The notes under the pieces were generated by a model that ran no database searches, was not told where the DNA came from, and saw only the letters and a list, made by a program, of their open reading frames with translations. Positions 1 to 8,995 of a stretch of DNA of 64,000 nucleotides are shown here, piece by piece. A program made the translations under genes and the position numbers. Numbering within the stretch: position 1 is the first letter of the stretch; the number at the start of each line of letters is the position of its first letter. The stretch lies in sequence record DRR378314_405; one strand, 5' to 3'.

Positions 1-256
1 GTAAACTCAGAGGAAGCCCTTTCTGCACAGAAGGTGACATATGGGAAGGCCGTCTTTATATTTCAAGAATCTTTTTTAGAAAAAACAATTAAAATGGCCA
101 AGGACGAGAAAAACTGCTCAATTTTGTGATCTATGCCACCCATTCCCCTGTATAAACAAGGAAAGTTTAATGTTATTAATTTTAAATTATCTAATATTTT
201 AAATAAGATAATATACAGATCCAAGCTGGCTCTGTTCGCCAGCCCTTGTAGAGTAT

Positions 257-997
257 GTGATGATACTGAACTTGAAATTCTTGATCCTCCTTCCTGTCTT
301 CATGTGCCTACAAGTGAGCAATTCACGGTCACAGGAAATAGACCCGGACTATTGCCTGAAAATGAACACCCTTAATGCGGTATCCGGGGAACTGAAATAT
401 CTCGGGCTCAATTTCAAAGCCCTGATGGAAAAATCCGGTATCTGCGTTGACCTGCTGAGCATACCCCTGGAGCGATCTGCCGAGATGCTTAAAGACGGGG
501 CAATTGACGGACAGGTCGTCATCACTGAGGATCTTGGCAATCTCATTCAGGATGTTGCAATTGCGGTGGACATTCCCTTTGGAAAATCCGTCGCGTGGAT
601 CATCTATTCGCCTGAACTTAAAACTGACATCAATACTATAGGGGTCGTGCGTGGCGCGAAATGGACGCAGCGAGTGCTGAGATCCAATCCCCCTGATTTT
701 TTGTCGGAAGACTACACGCTTGTTTACGGATCAACGCATCAAAACCTTGTTTCCATGCTGTCCCGAAACCGGCTGATGGCAATACTTGGTACGACGCGGG
801 AAATCCAAGCCATAGATACAGCGGGATTAGGACTGAGCAAGCAGAGACTTGGCGACCTCTTTGGCTATACTTATCTGCACAAACGTCACGCAGCCTATAT
901 CCCGCTTATTCGTCAAGCCTATCAAGCCTATAAGGAAAAAGGATGCCTGCTGGATGATCCACAGGGAATTCAAGACATATGCCTGGCCACGAATTAG
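257..997 (+). CDS. Periplasmic substrate-binding protein (family 3-like), orphan
   Basis: N-terminal signal peptide; 'PLERSAEMLKDGAIDG' and 'YTYLHKRHAAYIPLI' segments typical of PBP2/SBP_bac_3-like proteins. Confidence 0.65.
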   Translation: MMILNLKFLILLPVFMCLQVSNSRSQEIDPDYCLKMNTLNAVSGELKYLGLNFKALMEKSGICVDLLSIPLERSAEMLKDGAIDGQVVITEDLGNLIQDVAIAVDIPFGKSVAWIIYSPELKTDINTIGVVRGAKWTQRVLRSNPPDFLSEDYTLVYGSTHQNLVSMLSRNRLMAILGTTREIQAIDTAGLGLSKQRLGDLFGYTYLHKRHAAYIPLIRQAYQAYKEKGCLLDDPQGIQDICLATN

Positions 998-1077
998 ATA
1001 TTTAAAGCGCGCCAGGATCGAAGAGCCTTTGCCTCTGCAAAGGCCCTTCTCTCACCGGTCGGATGATCGCTTTCGGA

Positions 1078-1587
1078 TCACGCAGCCCGTAAATGGCTGA
1101 TCCGGCGGAACACCAGTTCCTGCCAGGCTTTCGTGCCATAACCGTGAACAGCGTCATGATGGATGTCCTGCCAAAACGGCGCACAATCTTCCTGCAGGTT
1201 GATGGCCTGCAAAAATCCGTCTTCCACCACAACGAACTGGGTCTTGTAGGGCACCAGATAATAACCGCTGTTGCGCAGCAGGAAGACCTTGGCCTCCTGA
1301 TAATCGGCGAACCAGTGGTTTAACAAAGGCGTACAGCGGTTGGAATACCAGAAGGTGCCACGGCTGGGCTCCAGGCTGGCGGTGCCTTCCAGAACATCAC
1401 GGGCATGGCACCAGTCCCGAAAGCCAAGCTCGGTGCCAATCACATTCAGGCAAAGCTTGCGTTTCAGCTCCCCCTCCCCGCGCCAAACGCGAGAGAGACG
1501 TTTCACGGCAGCGGGATCGCCAGCCAATGCGGATTTCTGTAATTTTTTCGCTCGGATTTTGAGCTCTTCAATCGACATGTTTGTCAT
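1078..1587 (-). CDS. Hypothetical protein with N-terminal 'ELKIRAKKL...ELGFRDW' (Glyoxalase_8-like) helical domain
   Basis: ORF 1078..1629; likely start ATG at 1587 after AAGGG; motifs LNHWFADYQEA and YLVPYKTQF look conserved. Confidence 0.7.
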   Translation of the reverse strand: MTNMSIEELKIRAKKLQKSALAGDPAAVKRLSRVWRGEGELKRKLCLNVIGTELGFRDWCHARDVLEGTASLEPSRGTFWYSNRCTPLLNHWFADYQEAKVFLLRNSGYYLVPYKTQFVVVEDGFLQAINLQEDCAPFWQDIHHDAVHGYGTKAWQELVFRRISHLRAA

Positions 1588-1589
1588 TT

Positions 1590-1740
1590 TAATAACCCTT
1601 AAGTCTACCCGGCACTCCCGCAATGCCAACTCAAAAGTCTTGTTCGTTCAAACAGTCGTTTTGCTCAAGTCTAAAAGAGGGTGATTTCATCTTTTGCGGG
1701 CAGGCCTCCCTCGCGGCCTGGCGAGTGTGTACCCGATATT
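1590..1740 (-). ncRNA. Candidate structured cis-regulatory 5' leader RNA
   Basis: Stems CAGGCC/GGCCTG (1701-1720), AAAAGA/TCTTTT (1673-1695), GGCA/TGCC (1611-1627); long-range complement CCCGCAA (1617-1623)/TTGCGGG (1694-1700). Confidence 0.45.
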
Positions 1741-1854
1741 TTAGAGAAAGGCAATAGAACTTTTTTAGAGCGCACCCGAAAGCCCTGTAATGGTGTTTGC
1801 CAAACAATTGACAAAGGGTCTATAGTGCTCTCAAAAAAGAACAGGATCAATTCA

Positions 1855-3081
1855 ATGACCACCCGCGCGGCCTTGCGGCCGGTAATGCCCATTCTGATTG
1901 CCGCTTCCTTTATGCTGACCATTGCTTTTGGTCTTCGGCAAAGCCTGGGGCTGTTCCTGCCGCAGATTACCGGGGACATTGCGGTCAGCATTACCCAATT
2001 TACCGCTGCCATCGCCCTGCAAAATCTCGTCTGGGGATTTTGTCAGCCGATCGCCGGAATTGCCGCTGATAAATGGGGATTTCGGCCCGTCATGATCGTC
2101 GGGGCCATTTCCTATCTGATCGGGATGCTGGCCATGGCATCGGCAGACGGGGTCTGGATGATCCTGTTTGGAGCGGGCGTTTGTGTAGGGATCGGCATGG
2201 CCTGCGCGTCCTTTGCCATGACGCTTGCCGTGACGTCCCGTCTGGTGCCTGTCTCGGTCCGCAGCACAGCCCTTGGGATTGTCTCTGCCGCAGGCTCGAT
2301 CGGGGCCATGGTCACCGCACCTTATGGTCAGTTCCTGCTCAATAGTTTTGACTGGCGGATTGCCGCCCTGGGCTTTGCCGTGCTGGCTTTGCTGATCATC
2401 CCAGCGGCGTGGATTGCCGGACGGGTGGACAAGGAAGCGCCGCTGGAACTATCAGCCGATAACGCTGATCGCCTGTCGGCAACCGGGGCCATGCAGATGG
2501 CGATTAGAAATCCCAACTTTGTGGTCATGGCCATGGCCTATCTGGTGTGCGGCATGCAACTGGTCTTCCTGACCACTCATCTGCCGTCTTACCTGCAGAT
2601 TTGCGGGATGGACCCTATGCTGGGGGCGACGGCTATCGGGATCATTGGCGGGTTCAATATTCTGGGCAGTCTGTTTTTTGGCTGGGCGGGCCAGCGATGG
2701 AACAAACAGGCGTTGCTCGGGCTGATTTATTGTTGCCGGTCTGTGGTTCTGGCGGTCTATTTCATCACCCTGCCGTCCGCGGAAAGCACAATCCTGTTTG
2801 CCGCCGTGATGGGCTTCCTCTGGCTTGGGGTGTCCCCGCTGGTCGCTGGATCGGTGATCGAGATGTTCGGTCTTCGCTGGCAGGCAATGATCCAGGGGTT
2901 TGCGTTCTTTAATCACCAGTTTGGCAGCTTTTTGGGGGCCTTTGGCGGTGGCTGGCTGTTTGATAAATTCGGCTCATACGATGTGGCGCTGATCATCGGT
3001 ATTTCCATGGGATTAACCGCCGGATTTATCCAAATTCTTTTTGCACTGGTGCGCCCGCCCAACAAACCGGTGGCCGCCTGA
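1855..3081 (+). CDS. MFS transporter
   Basis: About 12 hydrophobic segments; 'GIAADKWGFRPV' MFS motif A; start moved to ATG 1855 (AGGA upstream). Confidence 0.9.
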   Translation: MTTRAALRPVMPILIAASFMLTIAFGLRQSLGLFLPQITGDIAVSITQFTAAIALQNLVWGFCQPIAGIAADKWGFRPVMIVGAISYLIGMLAMASADGVWMILFGAGVCVGIGMACASFAMTLAVTSRLVPVSVRSTALGIVSAAGSIGAMVTAPYGQFLLNSFDWRIAALGFAVLALLIIPAAWIAGRVDKEAPLELSADNADRLSATGAMQMAIRNPNFVVMAMAYLVCGMQLVFLTTHLPSYLQICGMDPMLGATAIGIIGGFNILGSLFFGWAGQRWNKQALLGLIYCCRSVVLAVYFITLPSAESTILFAAVMGFLWLGVSPLVAGSVIEMFGLRWQAMIQGFAFFNHQFGSFLGAFGGGWLFDKFGSYDVALIIGISMGLTAGFIQILFALVRPPNKPVAA

Positions 3082-3144
3082 TCCCAAATTCTTTGCTTTT
3101 CCCGCATTTCACGATAAAACCGGTAAGGGAAAACTGGGGGACAA

Positions 3145-5016
3145 ATGAAGTTATCACTGGATCAGGAAATGGGGCTGGCAGCCCGATTGCAACGGGATGG
3201 CAATCTGCCAGCGGCGGAAAGCCTCTATCGGAAAATTCTCAAATCCAACCCCAAGCTGTCCACCGCTCATTATAATCTGGCGCTGATCCTCAAGCAGGTT
3301 GGCAAGACGGCCGCAGCGGACAAGTCCTTCAAACTGGCAGTCAAGGCCGATGCCAATTACACACTGGCCTGGCAAGGTTATGCCCGGTTCCTCAGCGATC
3401 GAGAGCGGCACAGAAACGCGGTCCATGCAGCCCTGCAGGCGGCGAAACTGTCAAACGGATCGCCCAGCAGCAGCCAGTTGGTGGCCGATCTGTTGCAGGC
3501 AGCGGATAAAGCACCCCTTGGCCGTGTGGCAGAGGATGCCCTGGCCTATGTTCTGCAACGATCCGATGTGGATGCGGACATCACGATCGAGCCTGCCCTG
3601 ACCCACCTGCGGGCCGATCCGGTTTTAAAAGGACCGCTTAACGATCCCTCAGCTGACCTTGGCGGGACTGATCTGTCAAAACTGATTTCCGCGCTCAACA
3701 ATCAGGTGACAGGGTTGATTTTCAGCAACCTGATCCTGCCCATTGCAGCCGGGGAAAACCTGATCAGGCAAGTGCGGGATGCGTTCCTTGCCATAAAAAT
3801 TGAGGCGGCACCGACGGGGGATGTGGCAGCTTCGACTGATCATAACGCCCTGCTGGAGGCGATGGCCATTACCGCCCTGCAGCTGGAATTAGGCGAATTT
3901 TGCCTGCCCTCACCGAACACCAGCGCCGCGCCTGACAGCGATGCATCGCTTGAAGCACTGGTACATGCCACCTTAAGAGGCGCAAGATCCATCAGCGCCT
4001 ATGAAGACGCTATAAAGGCAGAGGAGACGCGGCTGCAAACCCTGCCCTTCACCCGGCTTCTGCTAAACCGACTGGGACCGGACCGGCGACGGATCGAAGA
4101 GTTGAAAGCGGATTTTCAGCCAGATCAACCCCCCGCAGATCCGGTGTCCGAACGGGTTCGGGATCAATATGAGCAAAGCCCTTACCCACGCTGGCAAGGG
4201 GTGCGCCACGGGCAGCAAAAAACCCTGCCCGAACTGGTCCAATCGCTGTTTCCGCTGGTGACGGTCAAACGGTTGTCTGAAACCCCCAGGGTTTTGGTGG
4301 CCGGCTCCGGCACGGGCCGGCATGCCCTTCGAACGGCCCTGCGCCTGAAATCGGCGGAGGTCACCGCCATTGATCTGAGCGCCGCATCGCTGGCCTATGC
4401 GGAAATGAAGCGCCAAGCGCTGAACATATCCAATATCCGCTTTCAGCCGGGGGATATCACCCGTCTGCCAGAGGATCTGGGTCAGTTTGACCTGATCGAA
4501 TGTTGCGGGGTTCTGCATCATATGGCCGACCCGGAAGGGGGATGGCGATCGTTGCTCGGCCATTTGAAAGCCGACGGGGTAATGAAGGTCGCCCTTTATT
4601 CGCAAATTGCCCGTCAGGATGTCATCGCCGCGCGCACTTATCTGAACCTGGCACCGGAAACCGCAAGTTTGGATCAAATCCGCGCCGCCCGCACCGCCCT
4701 GCAGGCCCTGCCCGAAGATCACCCGGCCAAACCGGTCACGCGGGAACTGGATTTTTATTCCCTCAGCGGCTGCCGGGATTTTCTGTTCCACCGCCAGGAA
4801 CAGTGCTTTACCATCCCCCGAATTGCCCAGGCGCTTGAAGATCTGAAACTGGAATTTCTGGGATTTGAATTTGTCAGCACCGCCGCGATGGAGGCTTACC
4901 AACGAGCATTTCCCGGCGATCCGTTTGGACGGCATTTGGAAAACTGGGAAAAGGCGGAGGCCACAACCCCCCATCTTTTTCGCGCCATGTATCAATTCTG
5001 GTGCTGCCGCGCTTAA
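3145..5016 (+). CDS. TPR-repeat class I SAM-dependent methyltransferase
   Basis: N-terminal TPRs (AHYNLALIL); C-terminal 'QYEQSPYPRW', 'VLVAGSGTG' and 'GVLHH' motifs. Confidence 0.85.
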   Translation: MKLSLDQEMGLAARLQRDGNLPAAESLYRKILKSNPKLSTAHYNLALILKQVGKTAAADKSFKLAVKADANYTLAWQGYARFLSDRERHRNAVHAALQAAKLSNGSPSSSQLVADLLQAADKAPLGRVAEDALAYVLQRSDVDADITIEPALTHLRADPVLKGPLNDPSADLGGTDLSKLISALNNQVTGLIFSNLILPIAAGENLIRQVRDAFLAIKIEAAPTGDVAASTDHNALLEAMAITALQLELGEFCLPSPNTSAAPDSDASLEALVHATLRGARSISAYEDAIKAEETRLQTLPFTRLLLNRLGPDRRRIEELKADFQPDQPPADPVSERVRDQYEQSPYPRWQGVRHGQQKTLPELVQSLFPLVTVKRLSETPRVLVAGSGTGRHALRTALRLKSAEVTAIDLSAASLAYAEMKRQALNISNIRFQPGDITRLPEDLGQFDLIECCGVLHHMADPEGGWRSLLGHLKADGVMKVALYSQIARQDVIAARTYLNLAPETASLDQIRAARTALQALPEDHPAKPVTRELDFYSLSGCRDFLFHRQEQCFTIPRIAQALEDLKLEFLGFEFVSTAAMEAYQRAFPGDPFGRHLENWEKAEATTPHLFRAMYQFWCCRA

Positions 5017-5027
5017 GTCTATCCATT

Positions 5028-5057
5028 AAAAAAGGCCGGGGAAATCTCGGCCTTTTT
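5028..5057. terminator. Bidirectional intrinsic terminator
   Basis: AAAAAGGCCGGGG-GAAA-TCTCGGCCTTTTT between convergent genes. Confidence 0.8.
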
Positions 5058-5079
5058 CTGTGCAATAACAGCAAGATAA

Positions 5080-6741
5080 TTACTTGTCGCGAGCCGCTTC
5101 GCCAATATTGTCAACGCCCCGCTCTTCGAGCAGGGTGGTCAACCAGTTGGGATCCATTTCCGGAACAGATGACAACAGCAAATCCGTGTAAGGATGATGC
5201 GGTGGGGTGAACATTTCATCTTTCGGTCCCTGCTCGACAACCCGGCCTTCTTTCATCACCACAACTTCATCGGCGATAGAACGAACCGTCGCCAGATCAT
5301 GGGTGATGAACATATACGCAAGGTTCAGCTCTTTTTGCAGACGATCCAGTAACCGCAGGATCCCCTCCGCCACCAGTTGATCCAGCGCGCTTGTCACCTC
5401 ATCACAGATGATGAAAGACGGCTCCGCCGCCAACGCCCGGGCGATGCCGATCCGCTGCTTCTGGCCGCCCGAGAGTTCAGACGGATAGCGGTTATAATAT
5501 TGGGAGGGTTCCAGTTCGATCAAATCAAGCAGTTCATCAACCCGGCTTTTCAACTTGCCGCCGCGAAGTCCCTTATAAAACTGAGCCGGCCGGCCGATCA
5601 GTTCACTGATCTTCAGCTTTGGGTTCAGCGCAGTATCGGCCATCTGATAAATCATCTGGGCCTGACGCAACTGATCTTTTGATCGGTCCGTGTATTTGGC
5701 CGGCAATTCTTCGCCGTTAAACAGGATCTTTCCCTCTGTCGGGGGGAGCAGCCCGGTAATACAGCGGGCCGTGGTTGATTTACCCGAACCAGACTCGCCC
5801 ACCACAGCAACCGTACGGCCAGCATAAATGTCAAAGGACACATCATGCAAAACCGGCGTATCCCCGTAAGCGGCCGTGACGTTTTGAACGGACACCACAG
5901 GCGTTTCACTCTCTGCCGGGCGGGGTTTTTGATCCCGCTTATAGCTGCGAACAGCCCATAGGGATTTGGTGTAATCCTCTTCCGGTGATTTCAGCATGGT
6001 CGCGGTATCCGCTTCCTCAACCTCATCCCCTTTGAGAAGCACCTTGATCACATCGGCCATCTGCGCCACAACCGCAAGGTCGTGGGTAATGTAGATGGCG
6101 GCGGTGTTGAACTGATCGACGATATCGCGGATCGCGGCCAACACCTCAATCTGGGTGGTCACATCGAGCGCGGTTGTCGGCTCATCAAAGATGATCAGAT
6201 CCGGACGGCAGGCCATGGCCATGGCCGTCATGGCCCGTTGCAACTGCCCGCCTGACACCTGATGGGGATAGCGAAAGCCGATTTCCCGTGGGTTGGGAAG
6301 CCTAAGACGCGCATAAAGCTCCATGGCGTCTTCCTGACTTTGAACCCGCTTCTGGATGCGATAATGCGTGGGCGACTCCGTATACTGATCGATCAGCTTG
6401 TGCGCCGGATTGAAAGAGGCGGCGGCGGATTGTGCCACATAGGCAATGCGCGAGCCGCGCAGCGCCAGCAGATCCGCCTTGGAGCTGGTGGTCAGCTCCA
6501 TCCCGTCAAATTCCACCGACCCGCCGGAGATCCGGCAGCCATCGCGCGTGAAGCCCATGGCGGCAAGGCCAACGGTGGACTTACCCGCACCGGACTCGCC
6601 GATCAGACCGATCACTTCGCCGCGATGCAGGGTCAGATCGATGCCATGGACAATCTCCATCCATTTTTCGTCCGAGTAGCCTTCAATGCGCAGATCCTTG
6701 ATTTCAAGGAGCACTTCTTTATTGCTTGGTTTTCCAGACAT
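5080..6741 (-). CDS. Peptide/nickel ABC transporter, fused double ATPase
   Basis: Two Walker A motifs (GESGAGKS, GESGSGKS); SGGQ signatures; YPHQ and HPYT motifs. Confidence 0.95.
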   Translation of the reverse strand: MSGKPSNKEVLLEIKDLRIEGYSDEKWMEIVHGIDLTLHRGEVIGLIGESGAGKSTVGLAAMGFTRDGCRISGGSVEFDGMELTTSSKADLLALRGSRIAYVAQSAAASFNPAHKLIDQYTESPTHYRIQKRVQSQEDAMELYARLRLPNPREIGFRYPHQVSGGQLQRAMTAMAMACRPDLIIFDEPTTALDVTTQIEVLAAIRDIVDQFNTAAIYITHDLAVVAQMADVIKVLLKGDEVEEADTATMLKSPEEDYTKSLWAVRSYKRDQKPRPAESETPVVSVQNVTAAYGDTPVLHDVSFDIYAGRTVAVVGESGSGKSTTARCITGLLPPTEGKILFNGEELPAKYTDRSKDQLRQAQMIYQMADTALNPKLKISELIGRPAQFYKGLRGGKLKSRVDELLDLIELEPSQYYNRYPSELSGGQKQRIGIARALAAEPSFIICDEVTSALDQLVAEGILRLLDRLQKELNLAYMFITHDLATVRSIADEVVVMKEGRVVEQGPKDEMFTPPHHPYTDLLLSSVPEMDPNWLTTLLEERGVDNIGEAARDK

Positions 6742-6745
6742 GTGA

Positions 6746-7807
6746 TTAATCCTTCAAGCCAGAGGAACGGTGCAGCATCCAGTCAACAACGAAGTTGACG
6801 GCTACCGTCAAAAGGGCAATTGCCGCCGCTGGAATAAGCGGCGTAATGTCCCCAAAGGAGATCAGGGTCGCATTTTCACGAACCATGGCACCCCAGTCCG
6901 CGGTCGGCGGCTGGATCCCAAGTCCGAGGAATGAAAGACCGGCAATCAACAGGAATACGAAACAGAATTCCAGACCGAATTCAGCCACAAGCGGCGCCGC
7001 TGAATTGGGCAGGATCTCCTTGCGGATCAGATACCAGAGCCCTTCCCCGCGAAGGCGGGCCGCCTCGATATAATCCATGACAACGATATTCCCGGCGACC
7101 GCCCGTGTCAGACGATAGACCCGCGGCGAATAAATGACCGCAATCACGATCACCAGCGTCACCAGATTGGTGCCAAAGATACTGAGCAGCAACAAGGAGA
7201 AAATCAGCGATGGAATGGACATGATGACATCCACGATCCGTCCCATAAGCTGATCAATCCAGCCGCCCTTGGTTGCCGCAATCAAACCCGCAATGGCGCC
7301 CATCAGGAAGGCCAGCGAGGTTGCCAGCAATGCCAGCCCCACTGTGTTCCGCGCGCCATAGACAAGGCGACTGAAAACATCCCGGCCCAGCTGATCACCG
7401 CCAAGCAGAAGCTTGGCATCCGGCGGGGCAAAGGCCGAGCCGAGGACTTCCGCTTCGCCATAAGGCGCAATGATCGGGGCAAAAATCCCCGCGATGGCAT
7501 AGGTCATGATCACAAATAAACCGAAACTGGCCGTCAATGGCGCAGTTCGCATGATCTTTGACCCCTCCCGAGGGAGCAACAGGACCAGAAATTCCCGAAA
7601 CGCATAGGACGTTCCCGCCGCCAGGGCAATAACACCGGCCCCAACGGTAACGGCCCAAAGGGCACTTTCACCGCCGATAATCCCCATGATGAAGGAAGCG
7701 AGCGTGAGTGAGAACAACAGCAGGAAAACCTGCCGACGATTAAAATAGGCCGCTAAACACGAGAAGCCGATGAGTAGGGCATAATAGCCAATGACAAAAT
7801 AATTCAC
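6746..7807 (-). CDS. Peptide/nickel ABC permease (DppC/OppC-like) with N-terminal TM extension
   Basis: 'LGGDQLGRDVFSRLVYGAR', EAA loop, 'LSFLGLGIQPP'. Confidence 0.93.
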   Translation of the reverse strand: MNYFVIGYYALLIGFSCLAAYFNRRQVFLLLFSLTLASFIMGIIGGESALWAVTVGAGVIALAAGTSYAFREFLVLLLPREGSKIMRTAPLTASFGLFVIMTYAIAGIFAPIIAPYGEAEVLGSAFAPPDAKLLLGGDQLGRDVFSRLVYGARNTVGLALLATSLAFLMGAIAGLIAATKGGWIDQLMGRIVDVIMSIPSLIFSLLLLSIFGTNLVTLVIVIAVIYSPRVYRLTRAVAGNIVVMDYIEAARLRGEGLWYLIRKEILPNSAAPLVAEFGLEFCFVFLLIAGLSFLGLGIQPPTADWGAMVRENATLISFGDITPLIPAAAIALLTVAVNFVVDWMLHRSSGLKD

Positions 7808-7818
7808 TACAAGCCCCC

Positions 7819-8775
7819 TTATTTCGGATGCCGCAAACGCGGATTGGTGAGAATAGCCCCGATATCAGCCGCCAGGTTCAGCAGGATAAAGGTGGCTGCA
7901 AAGATGAGGCAGCAAGCCTGAACAACCGGGAAATCCCGCTTGGTCACACTGTCCACCAGCAATTGGCCAATGCCCGGATAAACGAACACCACCTCAACCA
8001 GCACCACACCCGTAATCAGGTAAGCCAGGTTCAAAGCCACCACATTGATGATGGGTGCCCAGGCGTTAGGCAGGGCATGTCGGGTAATCACTTTAAAGGC
8101 CGGAACCCCCTTGAGGCGGGCCATCTCGATATAAGGCGAGGCCAGCAGGTTGATAATTGCCGCCCGCGTCATGCGCATCATATGGGCAACAACCACCAGC
8201 ACCATGGTCAGGGCCGGCAGGAAGGTCCGGTAGAGTTGCTCGCCAAAGCTCATATCCGGGCTGACCTTGGCAATCGCCGGGAAGTATCCGGTTTGCACGG
8301 CGAAATAAAGGATCAGGATGTAGCCGAGGAAAAACTCCGGTGAGGAAATGGACGTCAGGGTCAGGATATTGGCAACCCGATCAAAGATTGAGTTGCGGAA
8401 CAACGCAACCAGAACCCCAAGAAAAATGGCAACCGGTACCGCAATGACAGCGGCATAAAGCGCCAGGAACAAAGTGTTATAGAAGCGCGGCCCGATAGCG
8501 GCCCCAACCGGTTCCTGGTTCACCAGCGAGATCCCGAAATCACCGGTAACCGCGCCGCCCAACCATTGGATATATCGAAGTGGCGCTGGCTGATCCAATC
8601 CCAGATTAGCCCGCATCGCTGCGACCGTTTCTTCTGTTGCGCCCATGCCGAGGACCGCTTCGGCGATATCCCCGGGCAGTAATTCAACAGCCCCAAATAT
8701 GATGATCGAGACAATAAACAGGGTAAATAGCCCCATGCCCAATCGTTTTAGAATAATTAGTCCTATGTCTTTCAA
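7819..8775 (-). CDS. Peptide/nickel ABC permease (DppB/OppB-like)
   Basis: 'LPGD', 'GLDQP', 'RHALPNA', 'RDFPVVQ'. Confidence 0.95.
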   Translation of the reverse strand: MKDIGLIILKRLGMGLFTLFIVSIIIFGAVELLPGDIAEAVLGMGATEETVAAMRANLGLDQPAPLRYIQWLGGAVTGDFGISLVNQEPVGAAIGPRFYNTLFLALYAAVIAVPVAIFLGVLVALFRNSIFDRVANILTLTSISSPEFFLGYILILYFAVQTGYFPAIAKVSPDMSFGEQLYRTFLPALTMVLVVVAHMMRMTRAAIINLLASPYIEMARLKGVPAFKVITRHALPNAWAPIINVVALNLAYLITGVVLVEVVFVYPGIGQLLVDSVTKRDFPVVQACCLIFAATFILLNLAADIGAILTNPRLRHPK

Positions 8776-8931
8776 GGTTTGTCTCCCCGCACCCGTAGCA
8801 GATCAAAGGGTGTTCCCGCATTAGGGATGTGATCTGCAGACATCTGTTCAGAACGAACGGATTGAAAGAGTACAAACAGGTCAGTTGACCTTTTCAAACT
8901 TTTCCCACTGAACAGCATGAAACGAAAAAGG

Positions 8932-8974
8932 GACCAACCATGCCCTCCTCCCCCCAAGGAGGAGAAGCCTGGTC
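8932..8974 (-). other. Intercistronic stem-loop downstream of the SBP gene
   Basis: GACCA...CTCCTCC-ccccaa-GGAGGAG...TGGTC inverted repeat; probably stabilises the SBP mRNA segment. Confidence 0.5.
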
Positions 8975-8995
8975 AGTCCCAGTTTCACCATCTTT

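Noticed and set aside
1-40. Possible minus-strand gene start at 40 (MSPSVQKGLPLSL...)
   Set aside because: Only 13 codons in the window and no clear RBS; cannot be supported
4063-4995. 310-aa minus-strand ORF
   Set aside because: Antisense shadow of the TPR-methyltransferase; no motifs
8944-8956. CCCTCCTCCCCC cuckoo-like motif
   Set aside because: Paired with the adjacent GGAGGAG in a stem rather than exposed in a loop; better explained as an intercistronic hairpin
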